64,000 nucleotides of DNA. Source: Tubiluchus corallicola. Taxonomy: Eukaryota; Animalia; Priapulida. Where the stretch lies: the NCBI GenBank assembly GCA_030141605.1, contig JAQGDQ010000435.1, positions 81,169 through 145,168 on the forward strand. The letters run 5' to 3'. The translations under genes were made by a program, and so were the position numbers. Below the pieces are notes generated by a model, which was not told the origin of the DNA, made no database searches, and saw only the letters and a program-made list of their open reading frames with translations. Below, piece after piece: positions 1 through 10,510 of the stretch; positions within the stretch are counted from its first letter, which is position 1, and the number at the start of each line of letters is the position of its first letter.

Positions 1-579
1 TTGTGGGAGAGACGTCGGCCTGGTTCTTAGTTAAACAATTACGTGGAAGTGTATATAGTCTAGTGTATTTTTTTTATAGAAAGGTGCATAACGCTTAAGT
101 CTACGAGTTGATAATTAGAATGGTTTGCTGTTACTGAAACATATAATTTAGACTAAATTTTAACTCTTAACAAAAACCGCATAACCATTGGTTTAAAAAG
201 GAGTGGCCACCCAAATAAAGTTTATTCAATTCACAAGATTTGTCGCAATTACATAGTTACTTCTTATAACAGCAGTAAATCTAATTATAGATACACATCA
301 GCACATAACCAAAAAAAAAAACTATTAAAGAAAGGGGGAAAAAAATTCACCTAACGAATTAGGCGGACCATTTGACGTCTGCTTGTAGGAAAAGCAACCG
401 TCAAATGCTCACCTGTACAATGGTGACGAAGGAATTTATAGCTTCGGAATGAAGCCCGTATGAATAACTCAAGGTTAACCTAATTGAATCACTCTAGATA
501 AATTTGCAAAGGTTATAGAACCGGAATAAACTAGTTTACAATGCTGTAGAGTAGAATTCAATCACGGGAATCCGTGACA
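1..579 (-). repeat. 3' LTR of the BEL element (about 29 bp lie outside the window)
   Basis: Matches 7920-8494 with 7 substitutions and 5 indels; ends ...CCGTGACA at 579; minus-strand TATAAA at 435-440 and AATAAA at 221-226. Confidence 0.95.
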
Positions 580-1214
580 CTCTGGAAACGAAAACAAAAA
601 TTTTAAGTTCAAGGTTCAAGTAATAAACAACTTGCTCAATCCTATCAGGTAGTAAAATGCTAGACAACTAAATAACGATCACAGAGAAACCTGCAAAAAC
701 CTACCATCTATCTCAAATACTGTATCAAATACATGCGTAAGTTATGTGTCAAAATATATGGGTGAGAAAAATCAAAATAAGTACCTTAAAGGCACATCCA
801 AATAAATATCAAAAATTATATAAACTAGCACAGGCTATCTGTGATTATACATGGTTACAATGCAAGAACACTATCTATTTAGTTTTGTGTTTTATATTGT
901 TTTTGGGGGTGATTTTTTATGCAATCTAAGTATTTTACAATATTTACAAATGAAGACAGGACAATTTATAATAGCTAATATTGTCTTAGACTCCATATAG
1001 CAAACGTAGTGTGGCATGAACTCCATCCATCAGCTGCATAGCAGTGTAACCATTGCCATAACCTGTGACTGACATAACCATAACCATCATAACCGCAACT
1101 AGTAACCATAATTGGAACGGGCCCTGAACCAATCAGGAAACCAACTGCATCAGCATAACCATGACGTACTGGATCAACAAACGAGAGTTCAAAGTCTGTC
1201 ACTACTACTATTCA

Positions 1215-4200
1215 CTAATCACTAGATAATAAGTCGGTGCTGACATCTGTTAGCCATTTTCTTGCCTTTTTGGCGGCTTCTCTCTTTGGACGTTCGCTGA
1301 CAGGTAGAGGTGAAGAATCCGCATCTGAAATGGAAGCAGCATCATCATTCTTGTTAAGACAAGACACGTGTTCAGTCGAAACGTCTGTCAAAGTCGTATG
1401 AGATGAGTTATGAAAATGACATTCAAGGGGGTACAGACATTTAATATTTCTGTTCAAAGTGGAACCATTAACAAGAATTTCAACACTACGAATTAAGCCA
1501 TCTGCACTAGGCTTCAATTTAAGAACTTTGCCAAGGCGCCACTGTCCTCGTGGAAGGTTTTGGTCTTCTACCAGTACTACATCCCCTATACAAGGAGTAA
1601 ACGGAACGGTTACCTTAGGTTGAGAAATATATTTGCGATGCTGTTCTCTAAGACTGAGAAGATACTCATCTTTCCAGATTCGCCAGAAATTGCTAAGGAT
1701 CCGTTGACCTTTCTTCCATAAGGCAAGTAACTTCTGTGCTGAGGTTTCTTTACCAACTGTAAAGTCTGGATCACTGTAGTGCATCTCAGGCATAGTGTGC
1801 AAGATCTGCTGATTAAGAAAATCTGAAGGAGTTAGAGCATGAGTAGAATTTATGTCAGCATCAATATAAGTAAGAGGCCTATTATTGATAACATTTTCTA
1901 TTTCAATAAGCAAAGTATTGAGATGTGCATGTGAAAGAGGATGATTACCGATTACCTTTCTCAAAGAACGCTTCACCAAAGCAACTAACCGTTCGAAAAA
2001 TCCGCCAGTCCATGGTGATAACTGTGTGATGAATTTCCACTCTACACCCTTGCAAGCTGAAAAATCTAGAATTGCATTTTCAAAAATGTATGTAACCGTT
2101 TGCTTGGCAAGTTTGAAGGACGAGAAATTATCCGAAATTATAATATCTGGCAATCCACGTCTACCAAAAAAACGGCGCAAACACATAAGAAAATGTTCAG
2201 CTGTTAGATTATTTACTAATTCTAGATGTACTGCTCTGGTTGTAAGGCAGGTGAACAAACAAATCCAAGCTTTTTCATAAATTGGCTTGGAACTGCCGCC
2301 ATAAAATTCTTTTGTGATCACTGGTCCCATATAATCTAGTCCAGTGTATTGAAAACACCGACTTTCAAACAAACGGGTTGAAGGTAGGTCGGCCATTTTA
2401 GGTAAACGGAAAGGACCTCCTTCGACTTTACGACATATGGTGCATTTAGAAAGTACACTACGGACAGCAGTGCGTCCTGATGGTATCCAGTACTTTTTAC
2501 GTATCAGAGCTAACGTTTGAGCTGCTCCAACATGCAAATGAGTTACATGGTAGTGTCTTACCAGAAGCAGAGTAAAGGGGTGGTCCTTTGGTAACAACGC
2601 AGGTTTTCGTGAGCCATAGGTGTCCAGATTACCAAGTCGACCACAGCATCTGATTATTCCATCATTATCGACCATTGGGCCAAGGTTTTGGAAGTTCCTT
2701 ATTTGTTCAGGTGTAAATGCTGATTGAGTATGCCTTACCCACATCAAGGTGGCGTGTTCCATATCACGAGAGGTGATGCGATGAGACGTATCTGGATCAC
2801 GACGAAATTTCCTGATGGCTTTCAGAACAAGGCATGTAACACGAACCAGCCTGACAAATGAAGAATGGTTAGACAATGAAATCACGGTAAGATCTACCTT
2901 ATTTGCATCGACAGTCATGAGTGACGATTCAAATTTAGCAAAAGTACAAGAATCATTAAGTTTAATTTCTGACTCGATTTGCTTTAACTCGTCTGAATTA
3001 ACAGGTGGAAGATCACTAGAAGGCCACAATGATTTTTCGTGAAGTAAAAATTCAGGACCATTAAACCAGGTCTCATTAAGAACACCAGAATTTGGTTTAG
3101 TGGCAAAGTCTGCAATGTTGTTTTCAGACGGTATATAGCGAAAAATCATATCATTGTAGCTGCGTAATTCACTTACTCTGTTAGTAACAAATGTACTCAG
3201 TGGTTTACTTGAGCGAAGCCAGTGCAAAACGCACTGTGAATCAGTAAGAATAGTGCATATAACATCACTTATCTTCAACTGTTCTCGAACAAAGTTGGCA
3301 GCTCTCGCGCAGATTAGAACTCCCAACAACTCCATCCTGGGTATTGTTGTGTTCTTTGGAGCCAGTCTTGTCTTGGTGAAGACCAAATCTGTGCGAATAG
3401 TGCCGTCATGATGTAGCTGGCGAAGATAAATTACAGCGCTGTAAGCAACTGCTGAAGCGTCTGCAAAACAAGCGAGCTCAAAGTGCAAAACATTAATAGG
3501 ATCAAAACGAATGCATCTAGGAAAATTTATTAACACTATATTACACAAATGGTCAGCTATATCAAACCAACGTTCAGCCAATTCAGGACTCAAAGAAGTA
3601 TCCCAGTCATATTTTAGTTTCCAAAGTTCTGCAAGAAACAATTTAGCATTAAGGGTAATTGCACTAAAAAGTCCAAGTGGGTCAAAGTAACAAGCAACTT
3701 GCTTTAAAATTTCACGTTTAGTAACACTGTTATGTAAATTAGGAAGCAGCTTATGAGAAATACTTAACGTATCCGTTTCTGTGTTCCACTTCAAACCTAG
3801 TACTTTGATCTCCGTGGATTGAACTTTGTCATCCTTTGGAACCAAGTCGATGAAGTCTTTGTTGTTGGATCCCCATTGACGAAGGTTCATCGATGCAGAG
3901 GAGAACAGTTGTTTTGCTTGAAAGTAAAAAGAAGTTGCCTCTTCTGTGGAATTCACGCCTAAAATGACATTATCGACATAGATATTTGGTAAAATCAATT
4001 TAGCAGCAGGTACCTCGTTTTCCATTTTTTGTAAATGATATCGTACAGTCCCTGATAGAAGATGCGGTGAACAAAGAATGCCGAACGGGACCCTCTGGAA
4101 ACGAAAAATTTGTAGGTTATCAGGTGTGACACTCACATTACTAGGGTTTTTAATCCATAAAAAACGTGTAACATCACGGTCAGGCTCTAAAAGACCCACC

Positions 4201-7160
4201 GCCAAAAATGCCTTTTCGATATCACTAACAATAGCATACGGATGCATCCTGAAACGTAATAAAATCCCACATAGGTCAGGCATAAGTACAGCTCCTCTAT
4301 ATAAACATTCGTTGAGAGAAGGACTAGCCTTATTAGCTTTAGCTGATGCGTTATACACAATACGTATCTTTGTGCTAGCACGCTGTGGTGTTATCACTGG
4401 GTGGTGAGGAAGATAATGTAATGTGTTACCTGTGATAGTGTCATCTGTCACAAGTTCGATTATTCCCTTGCCAAGTTGTTCCTGAATAATACCATGATAC
4501 TTCTCCAACAACTCTGGTTTGGAGGAGAGTCTGCGCAAACAAGATTTTAACATACCAATTGACAGAGCATAATTATCTGGTAGCACCTCTTGTCTCTTTC
4601 TCCAAGGCCATGAAACGTAATATCTTCCTTCTCTGTACTCTATAGTGTTTTTGAAATTTTTCTCCGCTTCCACATCACCGGAATTGGTAGGACAGTCAGA
4701 AATGCCAATTGTATCCAATTCCCAGAACCTGTCTACATCAACATCAATGGGTTTGCTTTTATTTTGGTGGTCAAAGATAGCAAAAACTGTTTCAAAAATA
4801 TTAGTAGAATTATGAGGCTCGTCTAGACCATCAGTTCTCACGCCTGGTTCAAAGCACAAAAGACTGGATTTGTGGGGCGGTGTAGTTTCAAGGATTTGAT
4901 AATTGGGTATTCTGCCTCCAAGAATATACCCAAGGTGAGAATCAAAGAGATAAAATCCTGGTATAACTTCTATTTTTAATGGTTTAAGTATCTCGAAAAA
5001 ATAGTCGTTGCCAAGGAGAAAATCAATTCGGGTTAAAGTGCCGTCAGTATTACAGAAGTCGTCAGCCAAAGATGGCCCATAAGTACGGTTCAAGTAATTT
5101 GAGATGTCATTAGGCAAAACTAGACGATGAGTGGCGGGAGAGATTGTCTCAACAACACGGACTACCATCGGTAAAGTTTTGTTGTCTTTGGTAAGCATGT
5201 TCACTCTGGAAGTATAGCAAGGTACTCTTTGCACACTATTAGTGCCGAAGGTGCCAAGGTAGAGATGATCAAGTTTACTGAGCTTGAGACCTAGCTGTTG
5301 GGCAAACTGCATTGTCATGTAAGAACATTGACTCCCTGTATCCATCCAGCAGCGCGTGGGTAATTTGGCATCCGAAAAAGGGTTGCCAAGAACGCAGGAA
5401 GCTGTCAACAGAAAAACACGTTCTTCAGATGAGTATAGAACGTTTTCGGAAGCTGTCTGAGACAGTAAAGGTTTCTTCGAAGATTGTTGCTGGGATAACT
5501 TCTTGTGTTCTACATTGCCCTGAGGGTAACGCTTCGGACAGAGGCTTCTGTGGTGACCAGGAACTTTGCAGTATGCACAAAATCCTGATGATTTACACTG
5601 TGAAGAATAATGACTATCATTTAAACATTTCAAACAACGATTAACTAGCAAAGATTTTCGAGCAGAAATAGTTGTATAAACATCACAGTCATCATTAAAG
5701 TGTCCAGAACTTTTGCAGTAAATACAAAAGGAGCGCTTACCTCTGTTGAAATTCCCTGGACGTTTAACAGCATTAGCTGGTCGATCCACCGCCTGCAGCA
5801 CGCTGTCATTTCTAGTAGTGCTAGCCGGCTTAGGACGATCCGATTTCCATGACGAAGGGGTGGAAGGTTGACGGTGAAGCTGTTCTTCTAAAGCTTCCAG
5901 TCGTATCACATAGTCACGCAAGCTATTACGTAACTCTTCCACTGACCACGATTTGGACTTAGTCATGTCTTTTGTCGTTTGAATAGCCGAAAGCACCTTA
6001 TATGGAAGTTTCTCGGCTATAAGCGGTACAACAAAGGAACTATCAACGCTGCGACCTGTACTCTCAATGGATCTGAGATGAACTTCGATTTTATCCAAAA
6101 ACCTGCGTAAATTTTTTAAACCATCACCACACTTTTCTAGGTGTGTCAACTCCTTGTGATGCCGCTGAATAATCGTTTCGTGGCAGCCGAACCTGTCTTT
6201 CAATAAATCAATAACAGTAGAATAATTAGAATCATTAACTATGTAACCCTCGACTGCGCGAGCAGCAACACCTGTAAGTTTAGATTTTAAATGCTGAAAT
6301 TTTTGAACTTTAGACAGATCAGGATTAGAATCAACAACATCAGAAAACATTGACCAAAAGGTTTGCCATTCAAGTATGTTCCCGTTAAATGGTTTAATCT
6401 CAAGTTTAGGAATTCTACTATAAGCATGCGGTGAACTGAATGATGACTGATGAAATGGAGTTGGTGACTGAGGTGAGATGCTAGTTCGTAAGTCACTGTC
6501 AGTCTTAATGTCTAATTGGGCAATCAGAGAAGTCACTTGGTTAGACAGTAAGATGTCTTCATCTGTATAGCGTGCAGTAAGCTCAAGCACAGAGTGGGGG
6601 TCCGATAGTTGCAAGATCGATTCTGACAATTGGTCTATCTTCTGAAGTCTGGCCTTGAGTGAGGCTATGCAAGTTTTAACCCGCTGTAAGTATTGACTGG
6701 GGTTTCTTGAGATAACACTAGAAGAAGCTGAGATAAGAGTGTTGGCTTCTAGTTCATCTTTGTGTATTTGTTCAATTTGTTTGGCTCGGATAAGCATAAA
6801 AGAAGAAAGTCTAGCGTTGGCCGCCACTTGCTGGGGTTCGATTTTCATCGCAGCTGCAGGATTCGAAGTAGGCAGCAAAGGAATAGCTGTAGTAGTAATT
6901 GTAGCCGTACCCGTAGTTACAGGTTTAGCCGCTGTCGTCGAAGCTAGCGTGTCAGTAGTAGTGACAGTAACAACAGGCTTCTTAGGTTTAACCCCTTGAT
7001 AACCATCTGAGGGAAGCGGATCAACAGATGAAGTTTGATCCAAAGTTTCTGCCTCAAATTCAGTTTCAGTATCAGAAAGATGTTGTTCGTCTCCTGATTC
7101 ATATGTACTTTTTAACGCTTTTTCCATCTTAGCCGTTTTACTACGAGTCTGTATGGACAT
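1215..7160 (-). CDS. BEL/Pao gag-pol polyprotein, 1981 aa, uninterrupted
   Basis: DUF1759-like gag (PKLEIKPFNGNILEWQTFW), three Cys-His knuckles (CIYC..H..C, CLKC..H..C, CAYC..HH..C), protease MDTGSQ, RT NIYVDNV, RNase H FADAS/TDSQ, integrase HHCC plus GLDYMGP/SDN/FERLV, DUF5641-like C-terminus. Confidence 0.97.
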   Translation of the reverse strand: MSIQTRSKTAKMEKALKSTYESGDEQHLSDTETEFEAETLDQTSSVDPLPSDGYQGVKPKKPVVTVTTTDTLASTTAAKPVTTGTATITTTAIPLLPTSNPAAAMKIEPQQVAANARLSSFMLIRAKQIEQIHKDELEANTLISASSSVISRNPSQYLQRVKTCIASLKARLQKIDQLSESILQLSDPHSVLELTARYTDEDILLSNQVTSLIAQLDIKTDSDLRTSISPQSPTPFHQSSFSSPHAYSRIPKLEIKPFNGNILEWQTFWSMFSDVVDSNPDLSKVQKFQHLKSKLTGVAARAVEGYIVNDSNYSTVIDLLKDRFGCHETIIQRHHKELTHLEKCGDGLKNLRRFLDKIEVHLRSIESTGRSVDSSFVVPLIAEKLPYKVLSAIQTTKDMTKSKSWSVEELRNSLRDYVIRLEALEEQLHRQPSTPSSWKSDRPKPASTTRNDSVLQAVDRPANAVKRPGNFNRGKRSFCIYCKSSGHFNDDCDVYTTISARKSLLVNRCLKCLNDSHYSSQCKSSGFCAYCKVPGHHRSLCPKRYPQGNVEHKKLSQQQSSKKPLLSQTASENVLYSSEERVFLLTASCVLGNPFSDAKLPTRCWMDTGSQCSYMTMQFAQQLGLKLSKLDHLYLGTFGTNSVQRVPCYTSRVNMLTKDNKTLPMVVRVVETISPATHRLVLPNDISNYLNRTYGPSLADDFCNTDGTLTRIDFLLGNDYFFEILKPLKIEVIPGFYLFDSHLGYILGGRIPNYQILETTPPHKSSLLCFEPGVRTDGLDEPHNSTNIFETVFAIFDHQNKSKPIDVDVDRFWELDTIGISDCPTNSGDVEAEKNFKNTIEYREGRYYVSWPWRKRQEVLPDNYALSIGMLKSCLRRLSSKPELLEKYHGIIQEQLGKGIIELVTDDTITGNTLHYLPHHPVITPQRASTKIRIVYNASAKANKASPSLNECLYRGAVLMPDLCGILLRFRMHPYAIVSDIEKAFLAVGLLEPDRDVTRFLWIKNPSNVSVTPDNLQIFRFQRVPFGILCSPHLLSGTVRYHLQKMENEVPAAKLILPNIYVDNVILGVNSTEEATSFYFQAKQLFSSASMNLRQWGSNNKDFIDLVPKDDKVQSTEIKVLGLKWNTETDTLSISHKLLPNLHNSVTKREILKQVACYFDPLGLFSAITLNAKLFLAELWKLKYDWDTSLSPELAERWFDIADHLCNIVLINFPRCIRFDPINVLHFELACFADASAVAYSAVIYLRQLHHDGTIRTDLVFTKTRLAPKNTTIPRMELLGVLICARAANFVREQLKISDVICTILTDSQCVLHWLRSSKPLSTFVTNRVSELRSYNDMIFRYIPSENNIADFATKPNSGVLNETWFNGPEFLLHEKSLWPSSDLPPVNSDELKQIESEIKLNDSCTFAKFESSLMTVDANKVDLTVISLSNHSSFVRLVRVTCLVLKAIRKFRRDPDTSHRITSRDMEHATLMWVRHTQSAFTPEQIRNFQNLGPMVDNDGIIRCCGRLGNLDTYGSRKPALLPKDHPFTLLLVRHYHVTHLHVGAAQTLALIRKKYWIPSGRTAVRSVLSKCTICRKVEGGPFRLPKMADLPSTRLFESRCFQYTGLDYMGPVITKEFYGGSSKPIYEKAWICLFTCLTTRAVHLELVNNLTAEHFLMCLRRFFGRRGLPDIIISDNFSSFKLAKQTVTYIFENAILDFSACKGVEWKFITQLSPWTGGFFERLVALVKRSLRKVIGNHPLSHAHLNTLLIEIENVINNRPLTYIDADINSTHALTPSDFLNQQILHTMPEMHYSDPDFTVGKETSAQKLLALWKKGQRILSNFWRIWKDEYLLSLREQHRKYISQPKVTVPFTPCIGDVVLVEDQNLPRGQWRLGKVLKLKPSADGLIRSVEILVNGSTLNRNIKCLYPLECHFHNSSHTTLTDVSTEHVSCLNKNDDAASISDADSSPLPVSERPKREAAKKARKWLTDVSTDLLSSD

Positions 7161-7874
7161 GTATGCTGTAAAGTAATAGGATTAGGACACAAGATGAACA
7201 ATCACGTTTAACAATCAATCAATTTTATCAAACCTTAAAAGGTACACAAACTATACGCAATCAAATAAGAATGAATATTTCTAGTACTAGTTAGTTATGT
7301 GCTGTATAAACGCTGCGACCTTTTCCAGCCCTTGACCTTGGAGCCGGTACGCTATGCTACAGCTGTAAACAAAAATGACCTAGATTTAAGCTGTACAGCA
7401 AAACGTCCTAGTTAAACTCGTAAACCTGTAGAAAAAATTTGTCAGCGAAGTAAGCTGTAAAATAAAATATGTTATCAGACTATATACTATGCTAGGCTGA
7501 AAATAAAAAGGTAGAAATTACAATATTTACTTTTGCTGTCACAAATTACGTGCCTTACGAGAAGCATAAAATCAATACCAAAGGCTACTATTAAAAATAC
7601 AACAAACGTATGATTCAAGTTATAGCGTTATATCTTAACTATTATAGTAAGCCTTGCGCTTCTCTACAGGTCTTATCAACGTCAGCTTATTTCTATCAGT
7701 AGCGCTAAACTAAATGACTCGAGCGCATATAATTTATAAAACTGCTGACTATAAGAAATATGAAGCACCCTCCCGAGGGCAAAGAACTTTTTGGACAGCA
7801 GCAAAATTCGCAAAATTTAAGCAGCCTAGCATGTGCTCACACTTCAAATATTTACGGATTTAATTTAAGCAAAA

Positions 7875-7890
7875 CCGGTGTGAGGCACCA
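7875..7890 (-). promoter_or_regulatory. Primer-binding site (TGGTGCCTCACACCGG)
   Basis: Starts with TGG immediately inside the 5' LTR end; complementary to a tRNA-like 3' end ...GAGGCACCA. Confidence 0.85.
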
Positions 7891-8494
7891 TGTGAAAAAT
7901 GCTCATTTTTTCATAAGTTTTGTGGGAGAGACGTCGGCCTGGTTCTTAGTTAAACAATTACGTGGAAGTGTATATAGTCTAGTGTATTTTTTTTATAGAG
8001 AAAGGTGCATAACGCTTAAGTCTACGAGTTGATAATTAGAATGATTTGCTGTTACTGAAAAACATAATTTAGACTAAATTTTGACTAACAAAAACCGCAT
8101 AACCATTGGTTTAAAAGGAGTGGCCACCCAAATAAAGTTTATTCAATTCACAAGATTTGTCGCAATTACATAGTTACTTCTTATAACAGCAGTAAACCTA
8201 TTTATAGATACATATCAGCACATAACCAAAAAAAAAACTATTAAAGAAAGGGGGAAAAAATTCACCTAACGAATTAGGCGGACCATTTGACGTCTGCTTG
8301 TAGGAAAAGCAACCGTCAAATGCTCACCTGTACAATGGTGACGAAGGAATTTATAGCTTCGGAATGAAGCCCGTATGAATAACTCAAGGTTAACCTAATT
8401 GAATCACTCTAGATAAATTTGCAAAGGTTATAGAACCGGAATAAACTAGTTTACAATGCTGTAGAGTAGAATTCAATCACGGGAATCCGTGACA
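7891..8494 (-). repeat. 5' LTR of the BEL element (604 bp, TG...CA)
   Basis: TGT at 7891, ACA at 8494; repeat of 1-579. Right flank TAAGT would be the expected 5-bp TSD, but the left copy is outside the window. Confidence 0.95.
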
Positions 8495-8567
8495 TAAGTG
8501 GTAATTGTGTATTTTGATAGTTGTTGTAGCAGTTGATTAAATTACATTTTAATTTTATTATATTTAG

Positions 8568-8670
8568 TTGTGGTAGCCATCAGCTGTGGTGTTCAGTTCA
8601 TGGGTAACTTCATCACTGGAAATCCTACCAATCAGAGTATGGTGTGGGCAGATTTTCAAAAGATTTATCG
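8568..8670 (+). CDS. ATXN10: Ataxin-10 internal exon (first visible; upstream exons are left of the window)
   Basis: AG/GT bounded; VVAISCGVQFMGNFITGNPTNQSMVW resembles human AFRCGLQFLGNIASRNEDSQSIVW. Confidence 0.88.
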
Positions 8671-9004
8671 GTAAACTCATAACTGCCACCTGTTTTTTGT
8701 ATTCCACATAGGTGAAAAAGAATGAGGTTAACGAAAAGAATTTTGTTAATGAATAATGCCATCTGGACACATGCAAAAAGCAAAAAATCAATAATCCTGC
8801 TCATTAAAATGTGTGTTCTACTGCACATGGGAAGTTAGGAGTCTAAACTGTGCTAATTCTGTTTAATTTTTAGATTTATTTTTTTAGAGTTTTGTGTTAG
8901 CAACAATGTGCAGTTAAATATGTATATGATTGATGATGCATAGATCTTTAAATTAAGATTTATATGAGACAAATTGACATGATAATCTCAATTTATCTTG
9001 TTAG

Positions 9005-9163
9005 GTTGCTTTTGACTGGTACTGATTCAAAGATTGCTGACTACACGTGTATGATGTTACATAATATGAGTTCATGTCATAACTTCCTGTTAGATGGCGC
9101 TGCAGATGTGGATATTGTTGAGGCTGTGACTGTAGTTGCCAGTAAACATGAGTGTGAATGGGG
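9005..9163 (+). CDS. ATXN10: Ataxin-10 exon
   Basis: AG/GT, phase 2-2; LLTGTDSKIADYTCMML...HECEW resembles human HPDKKIVAYSSMIL...PESEW. Confidence 0.88.
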
Positions 9164-9354
9164 GTAATCATAGTTTTAATAATAAAAATGCTTTCTGTTA
9201 CAAAATTATAATTTTTTCTTTACCGTGTTTGTAGGTTCTTAGATTTTCTGCCTGATGCTCACAGCATCAGCTTACATTTTGAGCATTTCAATTATACATT
9301 AGTATCTATGGACCTACTAGCAAAGGAGCAAAGGAATAAAGTCACAGTCATGAC

Positions 9355-9863
9355 CAGGGTGCATAAGATTATGGATATGTATAAAATAAATAAAATAGCT
9401 TATTTTATGGATTTTTGAAATTTTATTTTATGGATATCAATAAAATAAGAAATAGACTATATCTGGAACGAGATGCCCAGGGGGAAATGAATTAAAAAGT
9501 AAAAACAGGAGTGCTTGAAACGTGTTTTTAAACACGCAGGACTTAGTTTTAATTTTGTCGGTTTCGTTTTAATTTTATCGGTTTCATATCACTTCATATT
9601 TAATCAAATTTTACGAGACAATGCCTTGTAATTCATCACTTCGGTTCAAATAATTCATCTATTTGGGACGAATGTAGAATGCCCTCTAGGCTGAAGTTTC
9701 CGATCCAATGCCTGTATTCAGTTTTGATTGCCTTATTTTGTACAAAAAATCACAAAAAAAATATTTTTTTATTTTATGCATTTCTTATTTTATGGATTTT
9801 TCAAATTTTATTTTATGGATTTTTGGTCTTATTTTATGGATATCCATAATCTTATGCAGCCTG
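9355..9863. mobile_element. hAT-type MITE (509 bp)
   Basis: 23-bp TIR CAGGGTGCATAAGATTATGGATA (1 mismatch), 8-bp TSD GTCATGAC at 9347-9354 and 9864-9871, subterminal TTATTTTATGGA repeats. Confidence 0.9.
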
Positions 9864-10432
9864 GTCATGACTAAATTTTTGAAACGAAATTTTACCATGT
9901 GAAGAAAAAAAGCAACTGACAGTTTAAACATGGATTAAACCAGGAAGCTTTTGATTACATCAACATGCCTTGACTTGTAACTAAATTACTATACGTAAAA
10001 TCCATCATCTCAAAATTGAGGTTATTTATAAATAACATATGCGTGTATACTGACCAAGACGTATGTCCTGTTTGTGATATGCTATTTAATTCTTGAAAGA
10101 TGTCTAAAACTCTAAAGTTCCGAAAAATTGAGGTATAATGGGTGTTTTAAAAATATATAGATCCTGCATTTCTTAGATTTATGTACTGCATTATGTGAAA
10201 ACGACTTGCTTGGTTTGGCCAGAATACACATTACTGTATATTAATTTGTGCTTTCAGTAACTGTTGTCTGTGCATGCATGAATCAGTAAAACACACAATA
10301 TCAAAGCATTTAAATCATTTGTTTTCTGTGAGAGTGCAATCACGCTATGTGTGTGCAGTGTTACAGCTGGTGAGTGTGCAAGTTAACTATTCTTTGAGAA
10401 ATTTTAGAATGGAATCTCTTATTTTGTTTTAG

Positions 10433-10510
10433 GGCTTTGCTGCTCGAAAAACTGACCAATGATGAGAGATTGTTTATCAATTTATATCCATCCCTATCTG
10501 TTGAAGCAAA
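10433..10510 (+). CDS. ATXN10: Ataxin-10 exon
   Basis: TTTTAG/GTAAGT, phase 2-2, 78 bp; ALLLEKLTNDERLFINLYPSLSVEAK joins both neighbours in frame. Confidence 0.82.

Larger units (their letters stand above)
1..8494 (-). mobile_element. BEL/Pao-family LTR retrotransposon, near full length (3' LTR cut by the window edge)
   Basis: Direct repeats 1-579 and 7920-8494 flank a single gag-pol ORF; PBS abuts the right LTR; domain order gag-PR-RT-RH-IN with BEL-type motifs. Confidence 0.97.

Noticed and set aside
744-929. 61-aa ORF with hydrophobic C-terminus in the BEL 3' region
   Set aside because: Antisense to the element, short, and explained by AT-rich composition.
2026-6999. Small ORFs overlapping gag-pol
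   Set aside because: Shadow ORFs of the long reading frame.
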